Source of the DNA: Vulcanimicrobiales bacterium
GTDB lineage: Bacteria > Vulcanimicrobiota > Vulcanimicrobiia > Vulcanimicrobiales > Vulcanimicrobiaceae
NCBI GenBank assembly: GCA_038231455.1
Contig: JBBRLI010000011.1
Span: 1 to 64,000, forward strand
Reading direction: 5' to 3'
Length of the DNA: 64,000 nt
The notes under the pieces were generated by a model that saw nothing but the letters and a program-made list of their open reading frames with translations, was not told the DNA's origin and did no database searches. Shown one piece after another: positions 29,843-39,311 of this stretch. A program made the translations under genes and the position numbers. Within the stretch, counting starts at the first letter, position 1; every line of letters starts with the position of its first letter.

Positions 29843-31209
29843 GCGGTGACCCGCGCACCGACGCGTTCCCCGTAGAAGTCAAAGGCACCGTACCCGTCGA
29901 GGCGCACCTCGATAAACGATCCGATATCGGCGCGCTCGGTGAAATAAATCGCGCCGTCGACACCGGGTGCCTCACCCATCGAGCGACCGACGAAGACCGT
30001 CGTCGCTTTGAGCGCGACGGCCACCGGATCCGTCTTGCGCAGCGTCCGCTCTTCTTCGACGAGCACGCGCACGACATCGCCGATCCGTTTGGAACGCGCA
30101 CGTTCCGACGCCAGTCGCTGCGCTTCGCGCAGGCGAACGAGTCGCTTGCGTTTTTCTTTGGCCGAAACCTGATTCGGAAGCTCGGCGCCGGGCGTGCCTT
30201 CTTCGGGCGAATACGTGAAGAAACCGACCCGATCGAGTTCGGCATTGGCGATCCACTCCTCGAGATACGCCACGTGTTCGTCGGTCTCGCCAGGAAAGCC
30301 AACGATGAAGGTGGAGCGCATCGTGACACCCGGAACGCGGGCCCGGAAGTCATTGATGATCTCGAGATACCGCTCACCGTTACTGGGACGAAGCATCGCA
30401 CGTAAGACCTCGGGATGCGCGTGCTGGAGCGGCATATCCATGTACTTGCACACCTTCGGGAGGCGCGCCATTGCATCGATCAATTCCGAATCGACCGTCG
30501 CCGGATACAAGTACAGCATCCGAATCCAGTCGATCCCATCGATCTCGCTAATTTTTTCGAGCAGAACCGCAAGGCCGCCGCGACGGATGCCGCGATCGCG
30601 ACCCCACATCGAGGTGTCCTGGGCGATGAGGATCAGCTCTTTTGTTCCGCCCGCGGCGAGCGCACGCGCTTCCATCAAGATCGACTCTTCGCTGCGCGAA
30701 CGAAACTTGCCGCGCAGTTGCGGGATGATGCAGAACGTACACGGATGATCGCACCCCTCAGCGATCTTCAAGTAGGCCGTCGCTGAGGGTGTCGTGATCA
30801 AACGCGGCAGAAAATCGTGTTCGGGTTCGGGTTCGAAATCGAGACGAACGGGTTTCTTACCGGCCTGCGCGTCTTCGAGCAACTCGACGATCCCGGCATA
30901 CGCGCCCGTACCGATGACGCCGTCGACTTCGGGGATCAAGGCCTGCAACTGTTCGCCGAATCGCTGCGAGAGGCAGCCGGCGACGATGAGCTGTTGCCCC
31001 GGACGTTTCGCCGCCGCGTGTTCGAGGATCACATCCGTCGATTCCGCTTTTGCCGGGTCGATGAACGCGCAGGTGTTGATGACGACGGCATCCGCGTTCG
31101 AACCGTCGGGAACGAGTTCCCAACCGGCCGCGCCGAGTTTGCCGATCATCACTTCGGTGTCGACGAGATTTTTTGCGCATCCGAGCGACACGAACGAAAC
31201 GGTTTGCAT
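29839..31209 (-). CDS. rimO: ribosomal protein S12 methylthiotransferase
   Basis: SLGCAKNLVD, NTCAFI, YLKIAEGCDHPCTFC, APGVDG TRAM region. Confidence 0.96.
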   Translation of the reverse strand: MQTVSFVSLGCAKNLVDTEVMIGKLGAAGWELVPDGSNADAVVINTCAFIDPAKAESTDVILEHAAAKRPGQQLIVAGCLSQRFGEQLQALIPEVDGVIGTGAYAGIVELLEDAQAGKKPVRLDFEPEPEHDFLPRLITTPSATAYLKIAEGCDHPCTFCIIPQLRGKFRSRSEESILMEARALAAGGTKELILIAQDTSMWGRDRGIRRGGLAVLLEKISEIDGIDWIRMLYLYPATVDSELIDAMARLPKVCKYMDMPLQHAHPEVLRAMLRPSNGERYLEIINDFRARVPGVTMRSTFIVGFPGETDEHVAYLEEWIANAELDRVGFFTYSPEEGTPGAELPNQVSAKEKRKRLVRLREAQRLASERARSKRIGDVVRVLVEEERTLRKTDPVAVALKATTVFVGRSMGEAPGVDGAIYFTERADIGSFIEVRLDGYGAFDFYGERVGARVTA

Positions 31210-31212
31210 ACC

Positions 31213-31704
31213 CTACCGATAATTCACGAACTGCAACGGCAATTCGTAGTCCAGCGATTTGAGCAAGCTTTGAATGGCTTGCAAGTCATCGCGGGACTTG
31301 CTCGTCACGCGAATCTGCTCGTCTTGGTACTGAGCGGTTACCTTGAGCTTGGCCGCTTTGATGGCGTCCATGAGCACTTTACTCTTGTCTTTTGGGATAC
31401 CGCTGCGGAGCACGACTTTTTGGCGGAGCGTATTGCCGGATGCTTGCTCGACCTTCTGATAGTCGAAGGCTTTAATGTCGATCCCGCGCTTCATCGCTTT
31501 GGACTGAACGATGTCGATGACGTTTTTCAACTTCATTTCATCATCGGCCAGAATCGTGATCTCTTTTTCGGTATTCTCGATCGATGCGATCGAGTTCTTG
31601 AAATCGAAGCGGCCCGTAATCTCCTTACGGGCTTGGTTCAGGGCGTTTTCGAGTTCTTGCCCGTCGACTTTGGAGACGACGTCGAATGAGGAGTCGCTGG
31701 CCAT
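31213..31704 (-). CDS. yajQ: YajQ family nucleotide-binding protein
   Basis: SFDVVSKVD.QEL.NA..Q, RFDFK, IRVTSKSRDDLQ, LQFVNYR. Confidence 0.95.
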   Translation of the reverse strand: MASDSSFDVVSKVDGQELENALNQARKEITGRFDFKNSIASIENTEKEITILADDEMKLKNVIDIVQSKAMKRGIDIKAFDYQKVEQASGNTLRQKVVLRSGIPKDKSKVLMDAIKAAKLKVTAQYQDEQIRVTSKSRDDLQAIQSLLKSLDYELPLQFVNYR

Positions 31705-31712
31705 GTTCCTAT

Positions 31713-32474
31713 CTATTCTCCGGTCAGCGAGAACGTTCGCTCGACCACGTCGCCGGAAGCACCGAGCTTGCCGACGGATTTGCCGTTAACCCTCAGATTG
31801 ACCCCACCGGCATTGCCGGCGCGGACGACCGCGGATTTGCCTTTGAACGCGCGCTGCGTTCCGGCGGGAAAGATCCCTTCCATCTGCGATTTGCCGTCGA
31901 CGACAACGCGCAGCCACGAGCGCTCCGAGAGTTTGACGAAGAGGGCGTTCTTCTCATCGCCGCTCGGGCTTTCACTAGCACTTGGGGTGGGACTGGTCGC
32001 GGCGTGCGAAGCCGCGGGGACCACCGCCATCGACCCCTCGGGTGAGGGGCTCGGTTGCGCGGGATTTCCGGTCGTCGCCGTTACGGCGGTCCGGGGCGCG
32101 GCCTGAAGCAAGAAATACTCGTACCCCACGAAGGCGAGCAGGGCAACCGCCACCACGGCGCCGACCCAGATCCAGGGCGAAGGCCCGCCGCGCTCCCGCT
32201 CGCTTGGGACGCCATAATCCGGTACCGGCGGAGGCATCGCGCTCGAAGGCGAACGTTCGTTGAAGATTTGGACGGCACGCTCGACATCGAGCGACAAGAA
32301 GCGGGCGTAGGTCCGGATAAATCCGCGAACGTACACCGGTGCCCCGATCGATGTCCAATCTTCGGACTCGATCCCAGCCAAGTAGACCGAGCGGATATGA
32401 ATCTGCTCGGCTACATCTGAAAGCGTCAGACCACGCGCTTCGCGTGCTGCGCGGAACTCTTCGCCCAGAGTCAT
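31713..32474 (-). CDS. rodZ: RodZ-like protein (HTH, TM, DUF4115)
   Basis: [40 protein letters not shown]. Confidence 0.85.
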   Translation of the reverse strand: MTLGEEFRAAREARGLTLSDVAEQIHIRSVYLAGIESEDWTSIGAPVYVRGFIRTYARFLSLDVERAVQIFNERSPSSAMPPPVPDYGVPSERERGGPSPWIWVGAVVAVALLAFVGYEYFLLQAAPRTAVTATTGNPAQPSPSPEGSMAVVPAASHAATSPTPSASESPSGDEKNALFVKLSERSWLRVVVDGKSQMEGIFPAGTQRAFKGKSAVVRAGNAGGVNLRVNGKSVGKLGASGDVVERTFSLTGE

Positions 32475-32529
32475 CACTCGAATCTTAGCTTACGCACCCC
32501 TCTCTCCTCTCCACGGGTTACCAACCTCG

Positions 32530-33621
32530 ATGAACACAACCGGAAAAACGCGCGTTATCGCGGCGATGAGCGGCGGAGTCGACTCCGCCGTCGCTGCCGG
32601 TTTGCTCGTCGAGCAGGGGTACGATGTTATCGGCGTCACGATGAAGATGTACGCTCCGACAAAAGCGGCACATGCGAAGTCGTGCTGCGGTGCGGACGAC
32701 TTCGATGACGCCCGCAAGAGCGCAGCGACCCTGGGCATTCCGCACTACGTCCTTGATTTCGAAGAGACGTTCCGCAAGACGGTTATCGAGCGTTTCGCCG
32801 AGGACTACACGAACGGCCGCACGCCCAACCCGTGCGTTTCGTGCAATAATTTCGTCAAACTCGGCACGCTGCGCGCTTACGCCGACCGCCTAGGTGCCCG
32901 CTATGTGGCAACAGGCCACTACGCCCGGCTCGAGCACACAGCAGACGGCCCGCGCCTCTTCCGCGGCACGCACGCCAAAGACCAGGCCTATGCCCTCGCC
33001 CAGCTCACCCCCGAGCAACTCGACCGTCTGCTCCTGCCGCTGGGAGCGATGAGCAAGCCGCAAACGCGCGAACACGCCGTGCGCCTGGGTCTGGCGGTCG
33101 CCGAGAAAACCGAATCGCAGGACATTTGCTTTGTCGAGGGCGGCGACTACCGTGACGTCCTCGACTCTCTCGCCCCCGGCTCCGCCGAGGCGGGCGACGT
33201 CGTCACGACCGCAGGCGAGATCGTCGGCCGCCACGCCGGGATCTTGGGCTACACGGTGGGCCAGCGCCGCGGCTTGCCCGCAAGCGGCGGAGGTGAAGGT
33301 CCGCGCTACGTCACCCGCATCGACCCACGCACGAATACGATCGTGATCGGCCGCGAAGACGAACTCGCCGCAAACGGGCTCATCGCAGATGAAGTCAATT
33401 TGATCCGACCGGCCGCATTCGCGACGGGCGAGACGCGCGTCGATGCGATGGTGCGGTACCGCGGCGAAGCCGTCCCCGCAATCGCAACCGTCACAACCGA
33501 AAAACTCACGCTCCGCTTCGAGCGCCCGCAAAAAGCGGTCTCGCCGGGTCAACTCGTTGCGATGTTCGCACCGGATAGCGATGAAGTACTCGGCGCGGCC
33601 ACAATCGCCGAGGGCGTCTAA
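32530..33621 (+). CDS. mnmA: tRNA 2-thiouridylase
   Basis: [47 protein letters not shown]. Confidence 0.96.
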   Translation: MNTTGKTRVIAAMSGGVDSAVAAGLLVEQGYDVIGVTMKMYAPTKAAHAKSCCGADDFDDARKSAATLGIPHYVLDFEETFRKTVIERFAEDYTNGRTPNPCVSCNNFVKLGTLRAYADRLGARYVATGHYARLEHTADGPRLFRGTHAKDQAYALAQLTPEQLDRLLLPLGAMSKPQTREHAVRLGLAVAEKTESQDICFVEGGDYRDVLDSLAPGSAEAGDVVTTAGEIVGRHAGILGYTVGQRRGLPASGGGEGPRYVTRIDPRTNTIVIGREDELAANGLIADEVNLIRPAAFATGETRVDAMVRYRGEAVPAIATVTTEKLTLRFERPQKAVSPGQLVAMFAPDSDEVLGAATIAEGV

Positions 33622-33627
33622 AGCCGC

Positions 33628-33849
33628 ATGAGCGAGTTCAAAGACCAGCTACCCGCCGACGGACCAACGGACGAAGAAGTCGTCACGATCCTCTTCAACG
33701 CGGCAATGAGCGGCGACATCGAGGCATTCACAACCAAACACGAGCTCGATCCCAAACTCTTGCAGATGTGGAAACACACCCATGCTCAAGAATACATCGC
33801 GTTTTTAGAAAAGCTGCTCCGCGTCATCCGAAAACGCGCGGAGGCATAA
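33628..33849 (+). CDS. hypothetical 73-aa protein
   Basis: ATG 6 nt after the mnmA stop; protein-like composition. Confidence 0.65.
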   Translation: MSEFKDQLPADGPTDEEVVTILFNAAMSGDIEAFTTKHELDPKLLQMWKHTHAQEYIAFLEKLLRVIRKRAEA

Positions 33850-33862
33850 CCTTCGCCCAGCT

Positions 33863-35863
33863 TCACGGCATCGGTTTAAACGTGTAGACGTGTTGGCCGT
33901 CGCGCAGGAGGAGACTCTTCGCATCGACACCCGTACCGAAAGCGAATTCGAAACCTTCCGTGCCGGGGTCGATCGTCACATATGACATCGAACCATCGTC
34001 ATTCTTGCGAACGGCGACGTGGCTCGAGAGACTATTGAACTGGAACGACACACCTGCGCCATCGCGATGGACGACCATCGCACCAAGTTCCGGATTTGTG
34101 TACCGCGATGCGAGCATCATTGCAAGAGCCGAGGGAACCGGCACCGTGTAACGCGGGCGTTCGGCGATTTGAGCCGCGGCGATTTGCTTTGCGCTCGTCG
34201 CGATATTTTCAGCCGCCTCCGGCTTTCCGTCATACATCAGTTCCAACATTCGCCGCAAAAATTGTCCACGCAGAATCGGACCTTGATCGGAGTTCGTCAA
34301 GATCACCGCACCGACTCCAGCGCCCGGAATGGCAAACCAATCGCTGTGATAGCCCGCCAGATCGCCGCCGTGGTGGACGATCGGAATACCGTAACGGTTG
34401 TCGGTCATCAAGCCCATCCCATACCAACCGTCCTCGCCGATCGCCACGGTCCGCTCGCGCCGCTGCAGCAAGTTTTTCTCCGAGACAAGTTGCGCGCCGC
34501 TCGGAAGTTTTCCAAGAGCGAGCTCGTCATCAACGTAACGAATCATGTCGTGCGGCGTCGACCAAGCGCCACCCGCCGGTCGGAACGGCGCGATCGCCTC
34601 GTTAACGTCTTGGCTGTCGCGTGCGAGCTTGCCGTCGATATCGAGCCCAAAGGGTTCGGCATGGTCGGAATCGGCGATCGCCGCCCGCATGCTGAACGTC
34701 GTACGTGACATACCGAGCGGATCGAAGATATATGTCTGCATGGCCCGATCGTACGCCGCACCGATTTCCATATCCGGATAAGCGACGTGCCCCGCGATGT
34801 AGCCGGCCGCCGTCGCCATAAGATTATTGTATTGAAACACCTCGCCAAACTTACTCGTCGGTGCCGTGGCCGCCAAATAGGTAAACGTCTGCGTCGCGGG
34901 TGTCTGCGCGTTCGTATTGAGCAGCCACTCAAAGTCTTTTCGCGGCAATCCCGTGCAAGCGCACACGAGATGCTTCACAAGAACGCTCTTCGTTACGGTG
35001 TCGTCGCCAAGACGAAACGCCGGATACACATCGATAACCGGCTCATCCCAGCGAACCTTACCAAGATCGACCATCTTCGCAAGCAGCAGTGTCGAGAGCC
35101 CTTTGGTATTCGAGGCAATCATAAACTGCGTATTCGCATCAACGGGCGACTTGGTAACGATGTCGCGAACGCCGAGACCGCCTTCATACACAATCCGCCC
35201 GTGATCGCTCAAAGCGATCCCAACCCCCGGTATCTTCAACTCACCCATCGCCATCGAAACGAACGCCTTCAATTGCGCGACACGCTGCGCATCAAATTGG
35301 TGCGCCACCTTACCCGTAAACATTTCACGCGCATAGTTCCCCGGACGCAAACTCCCCAGAAGAAGACCAGCATCCGAGCCGCGCTTCTCCGCAGTCGCCG
35401 CGCTCCCATCGATCAAGGTCACGGTGGTCGTTGCCCCGTGACGTGAGGCGACAGCCTGCACAACGGCGTGTTCCGCAGGCGACGTCTCATACGCGATAAC
35501 GGTACTACCGTCCCAACCTTGCCGACCGGGAACATCTTGCGCAAGCGAAACCGCCCGCTTAAACGACGGCTGCCACTGCGCCCAAGCCCTTGCAATTGCA
35601 TCTTTGCCATCAACAACACCGCTAAATTCAACCAGCGCGATATGCAAATCGCCCTCAGGCGGTGTCAACACCGTAACGCCCCGCACCACGGCAATCGTCC
35701 ACGATGCGGGCACCGTATACGTAGCCCCGGAAGCGGTCGTCTGCGGCGTGTTGGCCGCAAGCGCCCCACCCGGCGTATCCGCCGCAACCGCGGGCACCGC
35801 CCCCAAAATCAAAGCAAAGCAAAGAGCAGCAATAGCCGATCGGCAAAACGTCGAACGCATCAT
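33863..35863 (-). CDS. secreted serine hydrolase (beta-lactamase class C-like)
   Basis: Signal peptide, SxxK (ASNTK), YxN (QYNN), HGG; start 35863 or 35860. Confidence 0.88.
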   Translation of the reverse strand: MMRSTFCRSAIAALCFALILGAVPAVAADTPGGALAANTPQTTASGATYTVPASWTIAVVRGVTVLTPPEGDLHIALVEFSGVVDGKDAIARAWAQWQPSFKRAVSLAQDVPGRQGWDGSTVIAYETSPAEHAVVQAVASRHGATTTVTLIDGSAATAEKRGSDAGLLLGSLRPGNYAREMFTGKVAHQFDAQRVAQLKAFVSMAMGELKIPGVGIALSDHGRIVYEGGLGVRDIVTKSPVDANTQFMIASNTKGLSTLLLAKMVDLGKVRWDEPVIDVYPAFRLGDDTVTKSVLVKHLVCACTGLPRKDFEWLLNTNAQTPATQTFTYLAATAPTSKFGEVFQYNNLMATAAGYIAGHVAYPDMEIGAAYDRAMQTYIFDPLGMSRTTFSMRAAIADSDHAEPFGLDIDGKLARDSQDVNEAIAPFRPAGGAWSTPHDMIRYVDDELALGKLPSGAQLVSEKNLLQRRERTVAIGEDGWYGMGLMTDNRYGIPIVHHGGDLAGYHSDWFAIPGAGVGAVILTNSDQGPILRGQFLRRMLELMYDGKPEAAENIATSAKQIAAAQIAERPRYTVPVPSALAMMLASRYTNPELGAMVVHRDGAGVSFQFNSLSSHVAVRKNDDGSMSYVTIDPGTEGFEFAFGTGVDAKSLLLRDGQHVYTFKPMP

Positions 35864-35957
35864 ACCCAAGCATACCAAGCTGCCCGGGAAAAGTTGCAAT
35901 GGAGAACTAGCTAGCCGATAAAACGGCTAAGAAGAGACCAATCCCACCAGAAGCCGC

Positions 35958-36159
35958 TGTAATCGTGCCAGGTCGTCGGGGCGACATGCTGACGGCGGGG
36001 TGTCTGAGCATTTTGCGAAGCGTGTTGGCCCAGCGTAGGCTGGGACAACTCATCAGGATGGCGAGAGCAAAATGTCAGCAAGTAGCGATTTCACAAGGAT
36101 GTGAAATCGCGGGCGTCCCCGCCGGCAGCATGTCGCCCCGACGGCAAGCCACAATTACA
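35958..36159. repeat. ~200-nt inverted-repeat-bounded multibranched element (MITE/REPIN-like or ncRNA)
   Basis: 27-bp IR 35974-36000 / 36117-36143 (1 mismatch), outer 10-bp IR, several internal hairpins. Confidence 0.8.
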
Positions 36160-36162
36160 CGC

Positions 36163-37245
36163 CTAGGCACTAGCAAGCGAAATATCAGAACGCAAGTTCC
36201 AATACGTATCGCGAATAACCGGATTGAACCCAGCCCCAATAATCGTCTCTTCAAGCTGCTTACGCGTAGCCTCGTTGGTCGATCCAGCAAGCGTAACAAC
36301 CCGCTCCTCGAGAATCGTACCACCCATATCATCGGCACCATACATGAGCGCAAGCTGACCGAGCTTCAAACCTGGTGTAAGCCAAGAAGCCTGGATGTGC
36401 GCGAAGTTATCGAGATACAGCCGCGACATCGCAAGCGTGCGCAGATACTCAACGCCGGTTGACTGCCGCCCTTTGAGCGGCGTCTTGAACGGCACGTAAT
36501 ACCAAGGAATGAACGCGGTAAATCCACCGGTTTCGTCTTGAAGTTGACGCATCACCTCGAAGTGCTCGATGCGCTCTTCGTCGTTCTCGATCGAGCCGAA
36601 CATCATTGTCGAGGTCGTGGGCAATCCAAGCTCCTGGGCATCGCGCATGATGCCGAGCCACTTCTCGGGCACGATCTTGCGCGCGCTGATGCGTTTACGA
36701 ACGCGCTCGACGAGCACTTCCGCACCCGCGCCGGGCAGCGATTTTAACCCCGCAGCCTTAAGCCGGATCAGCACTTCACGCGGCGTCATGCCTTCGGTGT
36801 TCGCAAGACCGTTGATCTCCGAGACCGAGAGCGAGTGCAAATCGACGTGCGGAAATTCCGCCGTGATGCGGCGGAAGAGTTGCTCGAACCACGTCAGTTT
36901 GATCTCGGGGTTGACGCCGCCCTGAATCATGATCTGCGTTGCGCCTTGATCCGCGGCATACTTTACGCGCGAGATGACCTCGTCGTGCGACATCGTGTAG
37001 CCTTCGCCGTGTTTCTCGGGGCGGAAGAACGCGCAAAAGGAACAGTGGACGTTGCAGACGTTGGTATAGTTTATCGTCGTGTCGATGACGTAGGTAACGT
37101 CGGTCGTCGGATAGAGTTGGAACCGGCGCGCATGGGCGGCACCGGCGAGTTCGTGCAGCGGCGCTTCGCGATAAACGCGCAACCCCTCATCATACGAGAG
37201 CCGGCCGCCGGTAGCGGCGCGGTCGAGCAGATCAGCGACCGACAT
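36163..37245 (-). CDS. mqnC: cyclic dehypoxanthinyl futalosine synthase
   Basis: INYTNVCNVHCSFCAF, QGGVNP, LPGAGAE, MMFG, FIPW, IQASW; ATG after GGAGG. Confidence 0.88.
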   Translation of the reverse strand: MSVADLLDRAATGGRLSYDEGLRVYREAPLHELAGAAHARRFQLYPTTDVTYVIDTTINYTNVCNVHCSFCAFFRPEKHGEGYTMSHDEVISRVKYAADQGATQIMIQGGVNPEIKLTWFEQLFRRITAEFPHVDLHSLSVSEINGLANTEGMTPREVLIRLKAAGLKSLPGAGAEVLVERVRKRISARKIVPEKWLGIMRDAQELGLPTTSTMMFGSIENDEERIEHFEVMRQLQDETGGFTAFIPWYYVPFKTPLKGRQSTGVEYLRTLAMSRLYLDNFAHIQASWLTPGLKLGQLALMYGADDMGGTILEERVVTLAGSTNEATRKQLEETIIGAGFNPVIRDTYWNLRSDISLASA

Positions 37246-38038
37246 GAAGAACCTCCGAGTAACCAAGTTCGCTTGCGAAGCGGGCGAGTCCAGCGCGCGC
37301 TTCATCGTCGAACGTATACGAGAGCGTCGAAAAATACTTGCTATAGAGTGCAGAATCCCGCGGGGCAAGGCGCTGGGCGCCGGCGATGACCTCATCCATG
37401 TGCGTTGCCGACCATGCGACGCTCTGCGCGAAGAGTGCGCCAAGTTCCGCGACCTGGCCCGGCCGCTCGTATGCGACTTCTTTGCGCGCCACCCACACCG
37501 CGAACACCATCGGCAGCGCCGTCCAGTCGTTCCACAGTTCGGCCAAATCGTAAAGATGGCTCGGCGGAAAGATGACTCGGGCATCGAGGGCGCGATCGCC
37601 GATCATGAGCGTCGGACGTCCGGCTCGGGCCGCAGCGATCGGATCGTCCACGGGCTCGAAGCGGGGATCGATGCCGTAGCGGCGTCGCAAAAGTAGATTG
37701 AGGAGCGCAAGACCACTGGCGGAGTCGCGTGTCACCGCAATCGGCGTATTCGCTAAGAGACCCGGCGGCATCGCCGAGACGAGTGCGACGGAGAGAACTT
37801 CATCGCGCGCTGCGATACAGACGTCCGGAATCAACGTGTAGCGTTCGGCATGACGGAGGTAATACGCAGCGCTCACGGGCCCAGCGTCGAGCTCCCCGCG
37901 AGCGAGTTTTGCGTTGAGGACACTGGGCACACCCGTGATGAATTGCGCGTCCGTTGGGATCGCGCCGGTATCGAACGCGGTATACACCGGAGCCACATTC
38001 GTGTAGGCGATCCGCCCCACGCGCAGCGGGTTAGACAC
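37232..38038 (-). CDS. mqnA: chorismate dehydratase
   Basis: GRIAYTNVAP, GVPSVLN, IGDRAL, DLAELW..WT.LPMVFAVW. Confidence 0.9.
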   Translation of the reverse strand: MSNPLRVGRIAYTNVAPVYTAFDTGAIPTDAQFITGVPSVLNAKLARGELDAGPVSAAYYLRHAERYTLIPDVCIAARDEVLSVALVSAMPPGLLANTPIAVTRDSASGLALLNLLLRRRYGIDPRFEPVDDPIAAARAGRPTLMIGDRALDARVIFPPSHLYDLAELWNDWTALPMVFAVWVARKEVAYERPGQVAELGALFAQSVAWSATHMDEVIAGAQRLAPRDSALYSKYFSTLSYTFDDEARAGLARFASELGYSEVLHVGR

Positions 38039-39188
38039 CGCTTGCGACGAGCTCCCCAGTCGGCGGCGTCCAGTCATACGGAAATTCTTCGTAGGTCGAA
38101 TTGCGGCGGACCGGCGTATAACCGACTTCTTCGATCAAACGGCGGAACTCACGGTCATCAACGTACTGTCCCGACTGCGTTCCGGCGCTATGGTAAATGC
38201 GCTCCTCATCAGTCGAGCCATGCGTGCCGTCCATGTCGTCAGCGCCGTATTGCAACGCGAGCTGGCAAATTTTCAGACCCTGAATCATCCAGTATGCTTT
38301 GATGTGGTCGAAGTTGTTGAGCATCAGGCGTGAGACGGCGAACATCCGAATGTCATCGAGGCCGCTTGTCCACCCATGTCCGCTCATCTCGTTACCGTCG
38401 GGGTGGAACGCGAGCGGGATGAATGAATTGAAACCCGGCGAGCGCTGCTGTGATTCGCGCAATGCTACAAGATGCTCGAGACGCTCCTCGAGCGTTTCGA
38501 TCGTGCCGTACAGCATCGTTGCGTTCGATGCGACGCCGTGCCGGTGAAGCGTTTCGTGAATCTTCAGCCAATTGTCGCCGTCGACTTTATTCGGGCAGAC
38601 GATCTTGCGAAAACGCGGCGAGAAGACTTCGGCGCCGCCGCCGTTGACGTTGTCCAGACCCGCTTCGCGAAGTTGCGCGCAAATCTCATCGTACGAAAGT
38701 CGATGACGGCGCGCCATATAGTCGATTTCGGCGGCGGTAAAGAGTGAGAGCTGAACGTGCGGCGCGGCTTCTTTGAAGCGGCGCATGAGCGGCAGCCAGT
38801 AATCGAGCGAGAGCTGGCGCGGATCGTGACCGCCAACGATGTGGAGCTGGTTGAAATTCGAACCGGTCTCCATCGCCTTCTCGAAAACGGTGTCGGCCGA
38901 CATACGCACCATGTCGCTATCTTTTTCGCTCTTGGAGAACGAGCAGAATTTACACGCGGCGTAGCAAACGCTCGTCGAATTGATGTACCGGTTGAGAACG
39001 TAGAACACGTTCTTCCCGCTCTTGCGCTCTTTCTGCGCTTGCGCCATGCGGCCGAGGCCGTGCAGATCGTGCGTTTTGAAGAGCGTCATGCCGTCATCGA
39101 TTGAGAGCGGGATGCCCTCTTCGACTTTGTGCTGGATCGGCTTGAGTGCGGGGTCGATGAGCGTCACGTGTGTTCCCTTGTTGTCCAC
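38031..39188 (-). CDS. mqnE: aminofutalosine synthase (CofH/MqnE radical SAM)
   Basis: CYAACKFCSF, HIVGG, GGGAEVF, SNATMLYG, FIPLAFHP, HIKAYW; adjacent to mqnA and mqnC. Confidence 0.85.
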   Translation of the reverse strand: MDNKGTHVTLIDPALKPIQHKVEEGIPLSIDDGMTLFKTHDLHGLGRMAQAQKERKSGKNVFYVLNRYINSTSVCYAACKFCSFSKSEKDSDMVRMSADTVFEKAMETGSNFNQLHIVGGHDPRQLSLDYWLPLMRRFKEAAPHVQLSLFTAAEIDYMARRHRLSYDEICAQLREAGLDNVNGGGAEVFSPRFRKIVCPNKVDGDNWLKIHETLHRHGVASNATMLYGTIETLEERLEHLVALRESQQRSPGFNSFIPLAFHPDGNEMSGHGWTSGLDDIRMFAVSRLMLNNFDHIKAYWMIQGLKICQLALQYGADDMDGTHGSTDEERIYHSAGTQSGQYVDDREFRRLIEEVGYTPVRRNSTYEEFPYDWTPPTGELVASGV

Positions 39189-39259
39189 TATAGAGATTAG
39201 AGTAGCTCCAGGCTCAAATCGTCACAAGGACGTTTGCCGCACGAGGGATGCAGGGGCAT

Positions 39260-39294
39260 GCAAAAGGGGCGGTCCCGAAGGACCGCCCCTTTGC
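39260..39294 (-). terminator. intrinsic terminator of receptor-lipoprotein module 1
   Basis: Minus strand AAAGGGGCGGTCC-TTCG-GGACCGCCCCTTTT: cUUCGg loop and U tail, just after the lipoprotein stop. Confidence 0.85.
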
Positions 39295-39311
39295 TTGGGT
39301 TGGAAAGGAAC

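Noticed and set aside
36010-36056. Hammerhead-like CTGATGAG plus stem on the minus strand of the 200-nt element
   Set aside because: The stem is followed by ACGC rather than the required GAAA, so the catalytic core is incomplete.
35965-36462. 165-aa plus-strand ORF across the structured element
   Set aside because: Overlaps mqnC antisense and the inverted repeats; no protein-like features.
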